A DNA stretch of 64,000 nucleotides from Euglena gracilis (GCA_039621445.1 CP154954.1:36813703-36877702); one strand, 5' to 3'. Counted from the stretch's first letter, positions 14,501 through 27,599 are shown. The notes: a model not told the origin generated them from the sequence alone. Program-made: numbers and translations.

Positions 14501-14770
14501 TTTTGTCTTCAAACGCCCTCGATCAGAAGATGGGGGCAAGGGAGGGGGAGGTGGGGGGGACCCACCAGTGAAACAGGCAGCGCCATGGTCGCCACGTCGG
14601 AGACAATGCCGCCAATTCCGGCGAAAAAAGGCACTAAGCGGGACTTCCTAACCCAGCGCACGAAACAATCACAACAAATCGCCGGCGAGCAAGGCATGGC
14701 CTCACAATATCTTTGTGCTTCGCCGTCGGTGTCCCTTCCTCCCTGGTCGGCTTGCCTCGAGGGAGTACGA
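11560..14770 (+). mobile_element. DIRS copy 2 (RT 3' half, RNase H, MT, interrupted YR, ICR, right ITR)
   Basis: Colinear with 24000-26589. ICR ~14370-14475. Ends gggagtacga at 14770. Confidence 0.92.
13297..13897 (-). mobile_element. Inverted chimeric insert (gag-like fragment plus RT fragment) inside the YR of copy 2
   Basis: 13735-13900 encodes DLKNAYFHIPVS...MKTFEKLW. 13297-13735 encodes KNPPVTATDLGRQWSEKPEG, similar to gag PKPPTVTATVLGPLWPEGPE. The YR resumes exactly at gtccaaagaacc. Confidence 0.8.
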
Positions 14771-15229
14771 TTTAGGGGGGTTTAGCAGTCGGCGAACTAG
14801 ACCCGTCAGCACATTGCTGTGGGTGCTTTGACACCCACCCATTGCTGTTGGGTGCTTTCTTGACAAGTCGGAAGACTGCCCACTGTCCCCCTCCCACCCA
14901 ACACCGTCCCACAGACCAGCTACGGACCCCCCCTTCAGTGTACCGTCTGTGGCCCCACCGTCCCCAAAAGTAAAATCGCTGAAGATATTTTGTTGAATGA
15001 TCTATTAAAGGAATTTTTTGGGGGATGTTCTTCAAAAATTGACGCCTTTTTCTCAGTGAAAAGGCTGTCTGTTTCCCCCACCACGTGGTCAATAAGAAAG
15101 TATTTTTGAGGCCGGGAACACCACTTTTGGTGGGGCACTTAGGAAATTGTCCGCCTCCCGTGGGGGGTCAGCGCACCCAAAAAGCCCGAGTAATCGAGTC
15201 ATGGACGGTTTTCTCCCCAAACCACCCAG

Positions 15230-15615
15230 CCCCCCCCAGGACCCCACCAGCACCCCCAGGACCCCCCAGAACCTCCCCAGGACCCCCCCCCAGAACCACC
15301 CCCAGGACCCCCTCAGGACCCCCCCCCAGGACCCCCCAAAACCCACCGGGGGGCGGTACCAACATGACCCAGTGACCGGGAGTTCCGGGGCCTTTGGCTC
15401 CCGCTACCGGGTGGGGCTCCCGCCCCCCCCCCCGGACCCCCTGGGATTCAAAACAACCACATCGCGTGCTGAGAAAAATTGCCAAAAAGTTGCGGGACAC
15501 CCCAGGAACACCAGGACCCCCCAGAACCCGCCCAGGAACCCCCAGGGCACCCAAGGCCCCCCAGGACCCCCCAGGACCCCCCAGGACCCCCCAGGAGCCC
15601 ACCCAGGACCCCCCA
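15230..15615. repeat. caggaccccc-type minisatellite blocks
   Basis: Two blocks of ~10-bp units. Confidence 0.8.
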
Positions 15616-15938
15616 ATGGAAAACTCTTTTGGGCACAATATTTTCCTGTGTTTGTAATGTAATTTTGTTTTTCCATTTCTGTTATTGTTGTTTCTAGATG
15701 TTTTAAAAAAGTCATCTAGAAAATTGAATCGGCGTGGACACCAAAGTTCCGCCACGAACCATTCCTTGCCCAACCATGTTCTCTCCCTGTATACATATAC
15801 ATATACGTTTACATACACATATACATACACACATGTGTGTATAAACACGCACACATGTATCCTATTTTTTCTTTTGACCCCATATCCTCAGCACTTCCCC
15901 ATTATGGGACCTAACTTTCTGCACAGGATGTTGTTTGT

Positions 15939-18260
15939 GTGCGTGTGTGTGCCACGGTCCCGCCTTACTCATTTTCGCGCCGGCAGTTGGCTGACATTGC
16001 CCTGACGTCAAAAGTGACAAATTTGAAAAAAAACAAGATGAACCCCCAAAACGCAGTGGACACAATGACTGATTATGACAACTTGCTGCAGAAGCTCATC
16101 AGCGACACCCTGGTCTTCGAGGCATCCTGGTCAAGATTCATGTTCGACTTGGAGGCCCTGCAGCGTTTAATGGACACACCGCGAGAAAAAATCTTATTTC
16201 TGTTGGCAGCTGGCAGCCGCTTTCAAGGCACTGGGTGGAACACGGTTCGAGCATCAAAGAAGGTACACGAATTGACAGGTTGTGCATCGGTGAAGAGATA
16301 TATTAAAACCTTCAGAGAATTTTGGTTAGACACCATTTCCGTTGTCACCGATGCCGAAATTGCAGACATCGAAATGATTCCAGATTTCGCAGGTGTGGCC
16401 TTCACCTCGGCAGCCCAAGTGCTGCCACAGAACAACCACCCACCCCCAGATGCCCTGGCAGACCGCTGCAATTGGACGAGACAGAGGAAGAGGAGAACGT
16501 ACACTTCCCCTGGGAAGACCTGGATACCTCACTACCCTGGTGATAACAAAATCGACGTTCGTCGTCTCTTGGAGGCCCACCCAAAGTTCAATAACCCGCC
16601 AGCTCGTGCGACCGAGAATCGGCTCGTGGGCGACGCACGGAAGAAGCAAGACCAGTTCCTGAAGAGCGTCAGCACCAGTTTGCTACACGCACTGCGAGTC
16701 TACAGGTACGTCTGGGTGCACCCCGTCTCCAACGAAGTCCAGCTACAACTTTGGCATTACCTCAGCGAGCTGTTATTCAAAATTCAACAGGAACGACGTG
16801 GACTGGCTGTCCTGGGGATTACACGAAGACAAGGCGGTGGTGCTGCAGAGCTTTTGTCTGCCGAGGACAACGTAAGGAATTTCAGAATGGAGATTTCTAT
16901 CCAGAGGATAAGTATGGAGTCGAGACACCATTTTTCACAAAATGGTAGGTTTTCTTCTATCCCTCAGGGGTACTCCTTTCCTCCGCAGGACCCAGCAGCA
17001 CCTACAAGCCTGGTGGCATTAGGTAGGGCAGACGAAAGTCAAGTCCCAAAGGAGGTTTTCGAGGAGGCTTCAGAAGTTTCTGGAGACGCGGCTCAAGCTC
17101 GAGGCTAGCTACCAGCAGCAAAGGAGCTGGAACAAAGGGCGAAGGTACCCTCTCCCCCACCCCTGCCCCACTGTGGGGGTCCAAGGACCGAGGAGGCCAG
17201 TTTGGTCAAGGCGACACCTGTGTTCCCCGTGATGACCCAATGTCTGTCACCCCCATGTATTTGAATTACCTGAACTCACCTCACTCTCTGAGCCTCCCAG
17301 GGGCAGACCCTTTTGTAGGCCTCCCTCCATTCCAAGGCCGAGGGAATGTCTTCTTTGGTGGGAAAAACATGCCCCCACCTTCGTGCTAAAGTTGATAAAA
17401 GTGGAGGTGGAACCTCACTACCCCAAGCTGGATCTAAGCTGCAAGGTGCAGAGAAACACCCCAGCGGAAATAAGCCAGGCTCTAAAAGTCATGCACGAGT
17501 ATGTAGAGGTGGGGGCAGCAAAGGAGGTAACCTGGGAGGGAACAAAAATTTTGGTTCCCTGGTTTGTAATTCAAAAGCTGGAGTCCAATGGAAAAGAAAA
17601 ACTGAGTCTTATCTCAGACTGCTGAACCATAAATCAAGTTCTGCAACCCACCAAATTCAACCTGGAACACTGGGGGGACATTTTCCCCCAGTTGGAGAAG
17701 GTGATGTGGGCAGCCAAGGTGGACTTAAAAAATGCATACTTCCACCTGTAACTTTCAGCAGCACTAAAAATTTACATTCGAATGCTAATTGGAGAGGAAC
17801 TTACCTTACCCAACCTTATCTCAGGATGGAGGTAATGAACGTTTTCCTGAAAAAGTGGAGGAAGCATGGGCTTCAGATTTTCGTCTATTTGGACTACATT
17901 CTTCTGGTGGCAAGGTCAGAAAAGTTGGCCCAAAAACACATGGCCCTGGCCCTAAAAGACCAACGGGACAGTGTGATGTGCATCAACTGGGAAAAATCAG
18001 AAGTCAACCCCAGCAAACACTTAGGCTTTTTTCTGGATTTTCAATAAGGTGTTTTCCAAGTCCCCACGGGGAAGTTAAAGGCCATCAGGAAGGAGCTAGG
18101 AAAATTTTTAGCTCAGCCAGAAATATCCTTCAGAAAAGCTGCACCAATTTTAGGGCAAGTAAGAAGTTTTTTTTAACTGACCTGCCTCAGGGCTTGTACG
18201 GATCTCCTAGTGCAATTTTCAGACCAACGTCTTCAGCAAGGTTGAGATCACAAGTTACCT
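15939..18260 (+). mobile_element. Divergent second DIRS-like family: gag-like ORF (15939..17108) plus degenerate RT, 3'-truncated
   Basis: RT motifs LVPWFVI..LISDC, AAKVDLKNAYFH, FVYLDYILLV, KAIRKELGK and ILGQVR parallel the copy 3 RT. A 389-aa upstream ORF sits in the gag position. Confidence 0.82.
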
Positions 18261-21200
18261 TGAAACAAAGGCGGCGCCGGGGGGGGGGGGGGGGCTCTTT
18301 TTGCAATCGGCACCTTTTCCGCCGCCCGACCCCGGGCCTCCTGTTTGGCTCCCTTCGGCTTCGCCTTGGGTTTTGCCTTTGCCTTGGACTTTGCTTTCCC
18401 ACCCATTGGCAGGCAACTTCCACTTCAACCCTTCAAAATTCAACCACAGCACAAAACTCAAATCTCCAAATCCTCAGTCAGTCCCATCATCCAGATATAA
18501 GCCAGGGGGCCACGACCCATGGTCCCAGCAATCAATTCATGAGGTTTGACTGTACAGAAAAAAACTAAAATTACAATGCGTAGCGTGCACATTATCTGGC
18601 GCAGCCTAATTCATCTGAAAGGTAGGGACATGTCCAATGCCACACTCTTCTTCTTCTTATTCTTCCTCTTCTTTCGTCTTCGTCTCTTCCTCCTTTTTTC
18701 TCCTTCGTTTTTCTCCTTGTTCCCCTTCTTGGAGAGGACATGAATGCCGTGGTGTCTGTGGCGTCACAAACACACAAAATTCTCGGAAAATGCAGCCAAA
18801 AAGACCCAGTCACCTCCACACTCCCAAGGAAAAAGTTTGGCCTCCTGCAAGGAAGGTTCTGTTTCTTGATTTTTTTGGAAAACTTCAAAACCCCGTTATA
18901 AAAAAGTAAACGATATTTGGCAAAAAATGCCTTCCACAAAATCAAAAAAGCAGTTAATGCTGAATTAATCTGACCGAAATGCCTCAAAATCTCAGAAAAA
19001 AACATCATCTGGACAGCTGCCAGCCAGCCCCCCCCCACCACCCTGACGCTGTGGACCTGCCAAATCTGCCACGATCTAAAGGCAATAGAACTGGGTTTAT
19101 AGTTAAAAGAATTTGAAACTTTCGTTTTGGATTTTTCTAAGGAGAGAAAATGTTCCAAAAATGTCAGATAAATTATTTTTCCCGGTTGTCTGTTTTATTG
19201 CCGAGATTTGGGCATAACATATTTGCTTCGACAGAAAAAATTTTCGACGTGCATTTTTCAAATGTCTGACAACGTTTTTGATGGCCATATTACACCTGTT
19301 CACCTAATCAAGCGCTCGTCGCCGTTCATCCACGTTATTCTAGGGGAAGATGTGGTGTTGTGAGCTTCAAGTGTTGGGTGGGTTGGGTTGTGAAACCGTT
19401 CACACCAGGCAGACCGTGGCGGCCGTCCTGGTTCTCCGGATGCGGCGAAGTCTAGTCTCCCAGGGGACGTCCTTGCCGGTGCAGGCGGGGTGTGGGGTCG
19501 GCACGATGGGCTCTGGGGAGCGGGGTAGATTCGAGATACCCCCTTCCCACATAGGATTTCTTCTGGGAACCTAACGCCCTCCGTTTTGGGGACTGGGTTG
19601 GAGGGGATTCCGGCTTGGCCTCCCTTCGGATGGTAGGGGTATTTAGGAAAAGGCCTGGCTGGAGACCCTCCAATAAATGCTTGTACCACAGCACCAGCAC
19701 CTTTTTACTTGTACTGCTTCTCTGTGCCAGCAGCAGCCCAAATACCCAATCTTTTGTTATAAATCTGAACTTCTCTTTGGTTTGAAACCTTTGATTGCTT
19801 CTCCACTTTGGCTGCAGCGCTTGTAATTTTCCTTCTTGTATTTGCTTTCTCCAAAGACAATTTCAGATTGAAACATAGGTAAGAAAGCGGGGGCCTTCAT
19901 CAGTGAAAACAGTTGGACGGTTGGGCTCCTGGGATCTCCTGCTGAATTCGCTGTGCAGTTCGCTATATATAAAACAGCAGCAGCGGCCGGTCCGCCAACT
20001 CAACATGAATTGCTCCATACATGGGGCAGAACATAAGTGAAGTATTTTGACATTCTGACAAGAGTGTGGAAGGTGGAAACAAAAAAATTGACCTTCCCAG
20101 TGCCTTCAGACAACAATGTCCCATTGCTCTTGCTTCCACACCCCAGAGACTCACTGCCTCTGAAGTGGCCCCGCCCAATGTCGGTGGTATGCAGGAGTGA
20201 AAGCTTGGCAAAAAAAATTATATTCCAGGAAGATGGTAGCAGACGTTCTTCACAGAACAAATTTCCTGGGAGCAAACCACACAGACAAGATGGATCCGGC
20301 TCCCACGGCTCCCCTCTCCCCAGAGCCCATCGCGCCGACACCTCACCACGCCGGCACACCCTCACGGACCTCCAGGAATGAAAGCTGGGCAAAAACTTTA
20401 TCCTTCGGGAAACTGTTGCTGAGTTGTTACAGCCCCTGGTTCAGGGGATCGAAACTAAAAAGCGCCTCGCAAATAGGAAGCGAAGGTTATGAAAATGCAC
20501 TCTCAACCAAAGTGGCACAAAAATAAAACAAAAAAAGTGAAAAAACACCAAATTGCAGAAAAAACATTTAATACCTCCTCCCCACTTTTCCACTGGAGAA
20601 ACTGGAGAAACTGTGCTGGGCTCTGCTGCAAAATTTGTTTCATTTGTGTAAAATTAAGCACTCTGTTGTCCAAAAAGCAAAACAATGGCAAAAAGCAGAA
20701 AGAACTAAAAAACACAAAAATTTCCAAAATCGAAAGACACAAAGAAACTGTGAAAAATTCGTTTTTTAGAAAAAAACGCAATTTTTAGAAAAATAGAACT
20801 ATGCCAAATAGGCACCCACAATTTCACCTCACAAGGCCATTGGAAAAAAAACGCCTGGGTCTTTGCGACTGGACCTCCTTATCCCCCCCCCACCTGCGGT
20901 CACCACCCAGCCCCAGGGCTTTTTCGCAAAAAACGCCTCTGGAGGGCTCACGGCCGGATTCCCAGCATTTCACCCCCTGCCAGCAGCTGGGTTGGCATGC
21001 AAGCGTAGGATCCAAACCTTTGACACTTCAAATGGGTTTTTTTTCCCTTGAATACAAAGAGAACCACAAATGAGTTTCTTTTGAAGTATGAACTTGATTC
21101 AGAAAGCAAAGCACATGAAAGGCAACTTGTACACCTTTGTTGTACACACCTGTGCTTGCTGGTGGTGAGAGCGACGTACAAACAATGATTTCGGAATGGA

Positions 21201-22015
21201 GTGCCTTACTTCTTCACTCTTTTCATTTCAGTTTCAGTCTTGCAACATTTTGCTCACCTTCCATTTGATTCTGGGGCTTTCTACCCACTGTGTGAGTCCT
21301 ACAACCGGGGGAACGTTGAGAAAAGCGGCTGTCGGCGGCCCGGCCGCGGACACTCCGAAATGATTCCCGAATCTCTTGATTCATGCGGGGGGAGGTCTGG
21401 TTTTCGTTAGAAATCTTGACTCATCATCCGAAAACGCGTCCATTGGGACTGGTTAAGGCCAAGCGGGGAACCACGGCATGAGCGGAGACGCGGGGTGGGG
21501 GCAATGTGCCGGTAGACTCTGCAACCGGTGCGCGAATAGAACCTTTTGAGCTCAAAGAGTCAGCAAGTGTGCCAACCACACCCATGTGAGGGTTTTGTTG
21601 GACGGAACACATTTGTGCGTGTAATTGGTCCAAATTGGTCACCAAATGATGCACTTGGAGAAGAACGGGGAATTTTGGAATCCCCTCCCAATCCTGCTGG
21701 AGCTGGTCAAGGCCCCATGCCCACTGATATGACACCTCGGGCTCCGCACTTTGCCGTTGTGAGGCCATGGCTTGCTCGCCGGCGGTTTGTTGTGATTGTT
21801 TTGGTGCGCTTGGTTAGGAGGTCCCGCTTAGTGCCCTTTTTCGCCAGAGTTGGCTGATTCTTAACTTGCCCTTCGACACCCAGAAGAAAGGAACAGAGTT
21901 CACGAACGAGGAAGAACTAGGAAAATAAGTCAATATCAATTCAATATCCAGAAGAACACGAAACAGACGAAAATCAATTGAGAATTCAATTGTCAAATTT
22001 CAATTTCGGCTTCGA

Positions 22016-25000
22016 TTGGCAATGCAGCGGAGAAGAAATTGGAATTATATCGCCACGGACGTCCTGGAGGAGTGGCCGCAGCAGCTGGAGACCTTGGAGA
22101 TGCGGTCAACACGTGGCAAACCGTGGCCGTTCTTCCCACCCAGCCCCCCACCCCAGAAATTTCACAGCCCAAAACCCCCCACAGTGACGGCCACGGTCCT
22201 TGGACCACTGTGGCCAGAAGGCCCAGAAGACAGAAGCCAGCCCCAGCCCTTGGTGGGCAAAGACCGGGCCATGGGGGCCCAAAATGCTTCACAATTGGAC
22301 AATGAAAGCCAAAGGCGCCCAGCAACCTGGGCACCAATTGGCCAGAAGATGGGGAGATGGAATCAAGGCCAAGGAGGTCAACACCACAGGGGCCATGGGG
22401 GCCAGTTTCACAAGCAAATCCCCTCAGGAGGGGGGCAGAAAAGGTCTGTCCAACCCCCCCAATTCATCTATCCCAAAAGTCCTTCTCAAGGGGACAAGGG
22501 GGGGCCACAGCAGCCCCCCCAGATTTCCAATGGGGTTGGAGGCCAAGACGAAATCAAGGCCTGGAAGACCACAAGATGGATTATGGAAAAAATTTATACA
22601 TGGAATCCTTGGAGACCAGCAGGGTGGACCCACAGTGGCCACCAAGAAGCTAAAGAACCAGCAGGGTGGACCCACAGTGGCCACCAAGAAGCTAAGGATG
22701 CTGCTGGAGAAATCCCCCGAGGGACCCACAGTGGCCCTCTGCCAACAATGGGGGATAAAGGGACCCACAGTGGCCCTTTCAATGACCCAGCCCCAGGAGG
22801 AAAAGGGACCCACAGTGGCCCTTTTGGAGGGTGGGGCAGAAACCCCTCCAACATTTATTTCTCAATTCCCGATCAATCAATCAAGGGGGGGACCCACAGA
22901 GGCCCCCCTATGGTATGTCAACCAACAACATCAACATGGAGAAGACGAGATAGGCCAAACAGTGGCATTAAGCCCTATCGTATGTCTTCCAAAAACATGA
23001 TCATCCAGAGAGGTGAGCAGAGAGGGAGAGAGTGCATGCACATCCCCCCAGAAAAAATTTCCTTTTTCAAGGGCCCAAGCCCTAGGGGACCTAGGGGTGC
23101 AATGTCCAACACCCCCAGCCCAGCCCCCCCAGAATCATCTTACCCAGAAAATAAATTCAATGGAGGAAATATGGGGAGACACCCCCCTCCATCAAAGGTT
23201 GCAAAAAAGCCTAAAATGTCCAACATCTCCAGCCCAGCCCCCCCAAAATCATCTAATCCAGGAAATAAATTACATGGAAAAAAAATGGGGAGACACCCCC
23301 CTCCATCAAAGGTTGCAAAAAAGCCTAAAATGTCCAACATCTCCAGCCCAGCCCCCCCAAAACCATCTAATCCAGGAAATAAATTTAATGGAAGAAAAAT
23401 GGGGAGACACCCCCCTCCATCAAAGGCTACAAAAAAGCTTGAAATGGTGGGCAAAAAATGCCCCCCAACAACATGTCAACTCATCAGGGATGGCATTCAA
23501 CCCCCCTGGGTCAGCCCACCAAAATTATCCACCCACCCAAAAATCAGGGCAAATTTGAATTTACCCCAAGCAGAAAAAATACTGCTGGATTACGAAAAAT
23601 CTGGATCCATAAAGAGGGTGAGGGATTCAACCACCCAGCACCTGATCCCCTGGTTTCTGATTTCAAAACCAGAGGGGGGGCAGACAAAATGGAGCTTAAT
23701 AAGCGATTGCAGGGAAATAAATCAAAGGTTCCAAGTGAAACCTTTCAAGCTGGATCACATCCAGCACATTTTTCCAGTTTTGGAAAAAGGCCACTGGGCA
23801 GCAAAAATAGACCTGAAGGATGCCTATTTTCATATTCCAGTAAGTCCAGGCCTAAGGCCATTTTTAAGGCATCAGGTGGGGGGGCAGACCTGGGAATTCC
23901 AGGCAGGCTGTTTTGGCCTGAATGTAATGCCCTAAACTTTCATGTCGGTAATGAAGACATTCGAGAAACTGTGGAGGAAAAGGGGCATCCGGGTATTTAT
24001 TTACCTGGACGACATTTTACTGGTGGCCCCAACGCAACTCATCTTACAAAATCACCTGAAAACAGTGGTCAGGGATTTAATCAAATCAGGATTCAAAATC
24101 AATGTGAAAAAGTCCACCCTGCAGCCCACCCAAATCGTCAATCATCTTGGCTTTCAGCTAAACTTCCAAGAGGGAAAATTACAGGTGCCCCCCCCCAGAA
24201 AATAAAAACAGTAAAAAAGGAGCTGGGAAAAATGATGAAAAAAGATTACATGTCAAAAAGGCAACTGGCTGCCATTTTGGGCCAAATCAGATGCAATCTA
24301 ATGGCCCTGCCCTTTCTAAGGGCCTTTACGGATGCCCTGGCAAACTTTTTGGTGGAAAATTCCACAGCCCTGGGACTCAAAACATCCCATTTCCCAAAGA
24401 ATAAAGGACCAATTAAAGGAAATAAAAATTCTGCTGGACACCTGGGGGGGCAGACCCTTCCCCCAAAATGCAACCAGGGAGTTGCACTCAGACAGCAGTA
24501 CCCATGCCTGGGGGGGGCTGGACATTCGAACAGGCAAAATTGTGCAAGAATTTTGGAGGGAAAACTCCACTTTGCACATAAATGTCAAAGAATTAAGTGC
24601 AGCAATAAGCACAGTACAAAGCCTAAGCCAGCCAGGGGAAACTGTGTCCCTATACGTGGACAATCAAGTAATTTACTATTACTTAACAAAAGGGGGGGCA
24701 GAAAGGACCCTTTCAATTCCATGCTAAGACCCTTCTTCAAATGGTGCATGGAACACAACATAAACCTGCAAGTAAAGTGGGTCCCCTCCAAAGACTGCCT
24801 GGCAGACCCCATAAGCAGGTGGGAAATGTACAGGGGGGATTATTCACTGGACCCCCAACTTTTTCAGTGGCTGAGACAGCAGTTCAAAAATTACATCAGC
24901 CTAAAAACAGACCTTTTTGCCTCACCAGGCAACAAAAAAATGCCACAATTTGTGGGCAGGTGGCCCCACTGGGGAGCCACAGCAGTGGATGCATTACAAT

Positions 25001-25180
25001 GTCCACTGGACAACATGGGGGATCTTTATGCAAACCCCCCCTGGTCTGTAATCCAAAAATTTCTCCCCAGATTAAAAATGTTTCCACAGGCCAAAGTTTT
25101 GATGGTCACCACCTACTGGGATTCAGCCACATGGTGGCCCCAGTTAATAAAAACGAAAGTTCCAGGGACCTCTGCCTGAA
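22016..25180 (+). pseudogene. gag-like / RT / RNase H / N6-adenine methyltransferase-like polyprotein region of DIRS copy 3
   Basis: ORFs 22016..23935, 23942..24205, 24332..24727 and 23458..25179 carry successive parts. There is a TAA at 23933-23935 (CAA in copy 1) and frameshifts in G/C runs. Confidence 0.9.
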
Positions 25181-25244
25181 AATCACCCCCTACATGGGTA
25201 TGTTCACCAATTGCAGGGGGGAAAAAATGCCACCCCCCAGGTGG

Positions 25245-26165
25245 ACCCTCCTTTGCATGATTTGCTCAGGCAAATTTTGGAGGGGAAACAAATACAAAAT
25301 TCAACCATTACAGATTTCCTGGGAAGAAACCCCAGTTTGAAAAGGTACCAAAGTGCCTGTAAGCTTTTATGGGTGATTCTGGAAAAAATGGGGGTACCCC
25401 CCCTGAAGCCACCACTGACCAAGTGGTTGACGCTTTAATTCAACTGTTCTAATTTTCAAAGGCCCAAGCACGCAATGCATACAGTGCTATGCTGTTGATC
25501 CCTGGCTTTGGGGGCCTGAGGTTCCATGCCATGTTGGCACCTTACAAAAGGCTTTGGAACCAAAACCTGGAGAAATATGGTGCATTCTGGGATCCCCTCC
25601 CAATCCTCCTGGGGCTGGCACAGTCCCCCCTGCCCTCTGATATATGTACATTGCGTGCACAACTCATTTTCTGTTCACGAATCCTCTGTTTATACAGAAG
25701 TTCTGATTTGGCACAGGTCCAAAGAACCACCAGTGTGTTGGGGGGGGCACCCTACATCAAAATTAAACGTAAAGGTCAAAAACTCCACAAGTGGGAGCGA
25801 GTTGTCTCCATTCCCCAGTGCCCCCAAATCAGCCCCTTTCATTTAATGTTGTCATATGTGGCAGCAACACGTTTCTTTATGAAACCTGGGGGGCCCCTTT
25901 TAATTACGTTAAAACCCCCCTACAAAGCCATTAAGGCAGATACCATTGCTTCTATCACCAAAGACTTTTTGACCAAACAGGGGGTACCCCCCAGGTTTGG
26001 GGACCCCACTCCACCAGAGGGGCAGGGGTTGGTTTGCTAAAAAAATTGGGCCTTTCTGCCCAAGAAGTTTGTGAAATTGGTCAATGGAAGGGGGTGGAGG
26101 CTTTCACAGCCCATTATCAAAGACTTGGTGCCCAAGGTTCTTTGGAGGATGCCTCTGGCCCCCCT
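25245..26165 (+). pseudogene. Tyrosine recombinase of DIRS copy 3 (frameshifted)
   Basis: ORFs 25211..25438, 25489..26040 and 26034..26288. Catalytic R (LYRSSDL), HxxR (PHSTRG), W (IGQW) and Y (AHYQ) are present. Confidence 0.9.
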
Positions 26166-26182
26166 TTTTTCAGTGCACAATC

Positions 26183-26289
26183 TGGCCTCACAATGGCAAA
26201 GTGCGGAGCCCGAGGTGTCTCGTACTCCCTCGAGGCAGACCGAGAAGGGAGGAAGGGACACCGAGGGCGAAGCACAAAGACATTGTGAG
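26183..26289 (+). repeat. DIRS internal complementary region (ICR)
   Basis: tggcctcacaatggcaaagtgcggagcccgaggtgtc|tcgtactccctcgagg... is the reverse complement of the left terminus joined to the reverse complement of the right terminus. The junction is at 26219/26220. Confidence 0.93.
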
Positions 26290-26589
26290 CCCGACCCCCC
26301 CACCCATATAAGAAAATTTTGTCTGCAAACGCCCTGGATCAGAAGATGGGGGCCAGGGGGGGGGGAGGTGGGGGGGACCCCCCCCCAAGCAAAGAAACAA
26401 CGCCACGGTCGCCACGTCGGAGACAATGCAGCCAACTCCGGCGAGGCGGCACTAAGCGGGACCTCCTAACCCAGCGCACCAAAACAATCACAACAAACCG
26501 CCGGCGAGCAAGGCATGGCCTCACAATGTCTTTGTGCTTCGCCCTCGGTGTCCCTTCCTCCCTGGTCGGCTTGCCTCGAGGGAGTACGA

Positions 26590-27370
26590 TTTTACATTGC
26601 GTACTGAACTCATTTTTTGTTCACGCATCCTCTGTTTATACAGACCTTCAGACCTGGCACAGGCCAAACGAGCCACCAGTGTGTTGGTTAGGTTACCCTA
26701 CATCAGGATTCAGCGTACAGGCCAAAAATTCCAGTGGGAAAGGGTTGTGACCATACCCCAGTGTCCACATACAAGCCTGTTTCATTTAATGATGTGTTAT
26801 GTGGCTGCCGAACGGTCATTCGTCAGACCTGGGCACCTTCTAAGTGTATTAAAACCCCTTCAGGGCAGACAGCATTGCGTCTATCGCAAAAGATTGCCAG
26901 ACGCCAAACGCCAAACATGAGGTGACCCCCCAGGTTTGGGCGCCAAATCCACAAGAGGGGAAGGGCTTGGTTTACTGAAAAAAAATTCGGGCTTTCAACC
27001 CATAAACTGTTTGAAATTGGCCATTTGAGGGGGTGGAGGCGTTTTTAGCCCATCCTAGACGACTTGAGGTCCAAGGTGCCCTGGAAAGTGCCCTGGACGC
27101 CCCAATTTGTGCAAAATCGGGCCTCACAAGGGCAAAGTGCGGGGCCCGCGCCGCCTCGCACCCCCTCGCGGCAAGCCGACAAGGGGCGATGGGGCACCGA
27201 GGGCGAAGCACAAAGACCTTGAGAGCCCGACCCTCCACGCAAAGAAAACTTGTCTTCAAAAGCCCTCGGGGGGACGGGCCCCCCAAGGGGCAAAAAGACA
27301 CAAGAAGGCATGGCCAACCTTCCGATCCAAACAGCACCGCTGGAGAACAGGGCATGGCCCTCCCTTCGTG
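26590..27370 (+). mobile_element. Older DIRS relic (YR 3' part, ICR ~27120-27225, decayed right ITR) that hosts copy 3; its 5' part is at ~21654-21730
   Basis: Encodes TLRTELIFCSRILCLYRPSDLAQ..., which continues the YR sequence LEKNGEFWNPLPILL...PTDI found left of 21731. Confidence 0.85.
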
Positions 27371-27599
27371 TCCGGGGGTGAACGATTCTCCAGCTCTCCG
27401 CGTCTCAGCCAGGCTTCGCCACTGCTTCACCCCCTCCGTCGATACCAATTATTCGGAAAAGCATCCCCCATTAGTTGATGTTGAACGTTTTGTGATATTT
27501 TCCGGAAAATTGGTATGCGTTGGCCCCTCTCGTTCTTCAGTTTCATTTGAGCCCGAAATCTTGAGCTCGAGTTTATTGCCCTTTTCTTTTCTAAATTGG

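Larger units (their letters stand above)
21731..26589 (+). mobile_element. Full-length DIRS1-type tyrosine-recombinase retrotransposon (copy 3), ORFs disrupted
   Basis: Left ITR 21731-21856 is inverted relative to the right ITR plus extension 26429-26589. ICR 26183-26289 is complementary to both termini. Domain order is gag-like, RT (DLKDAYFH, YLDD), RNase H (SDSS..WG, ADPISR), MT (DLFAS, YANPPW), YR (YRSSD, PHSTRG, GQW, HY). Confidence 0.95.
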
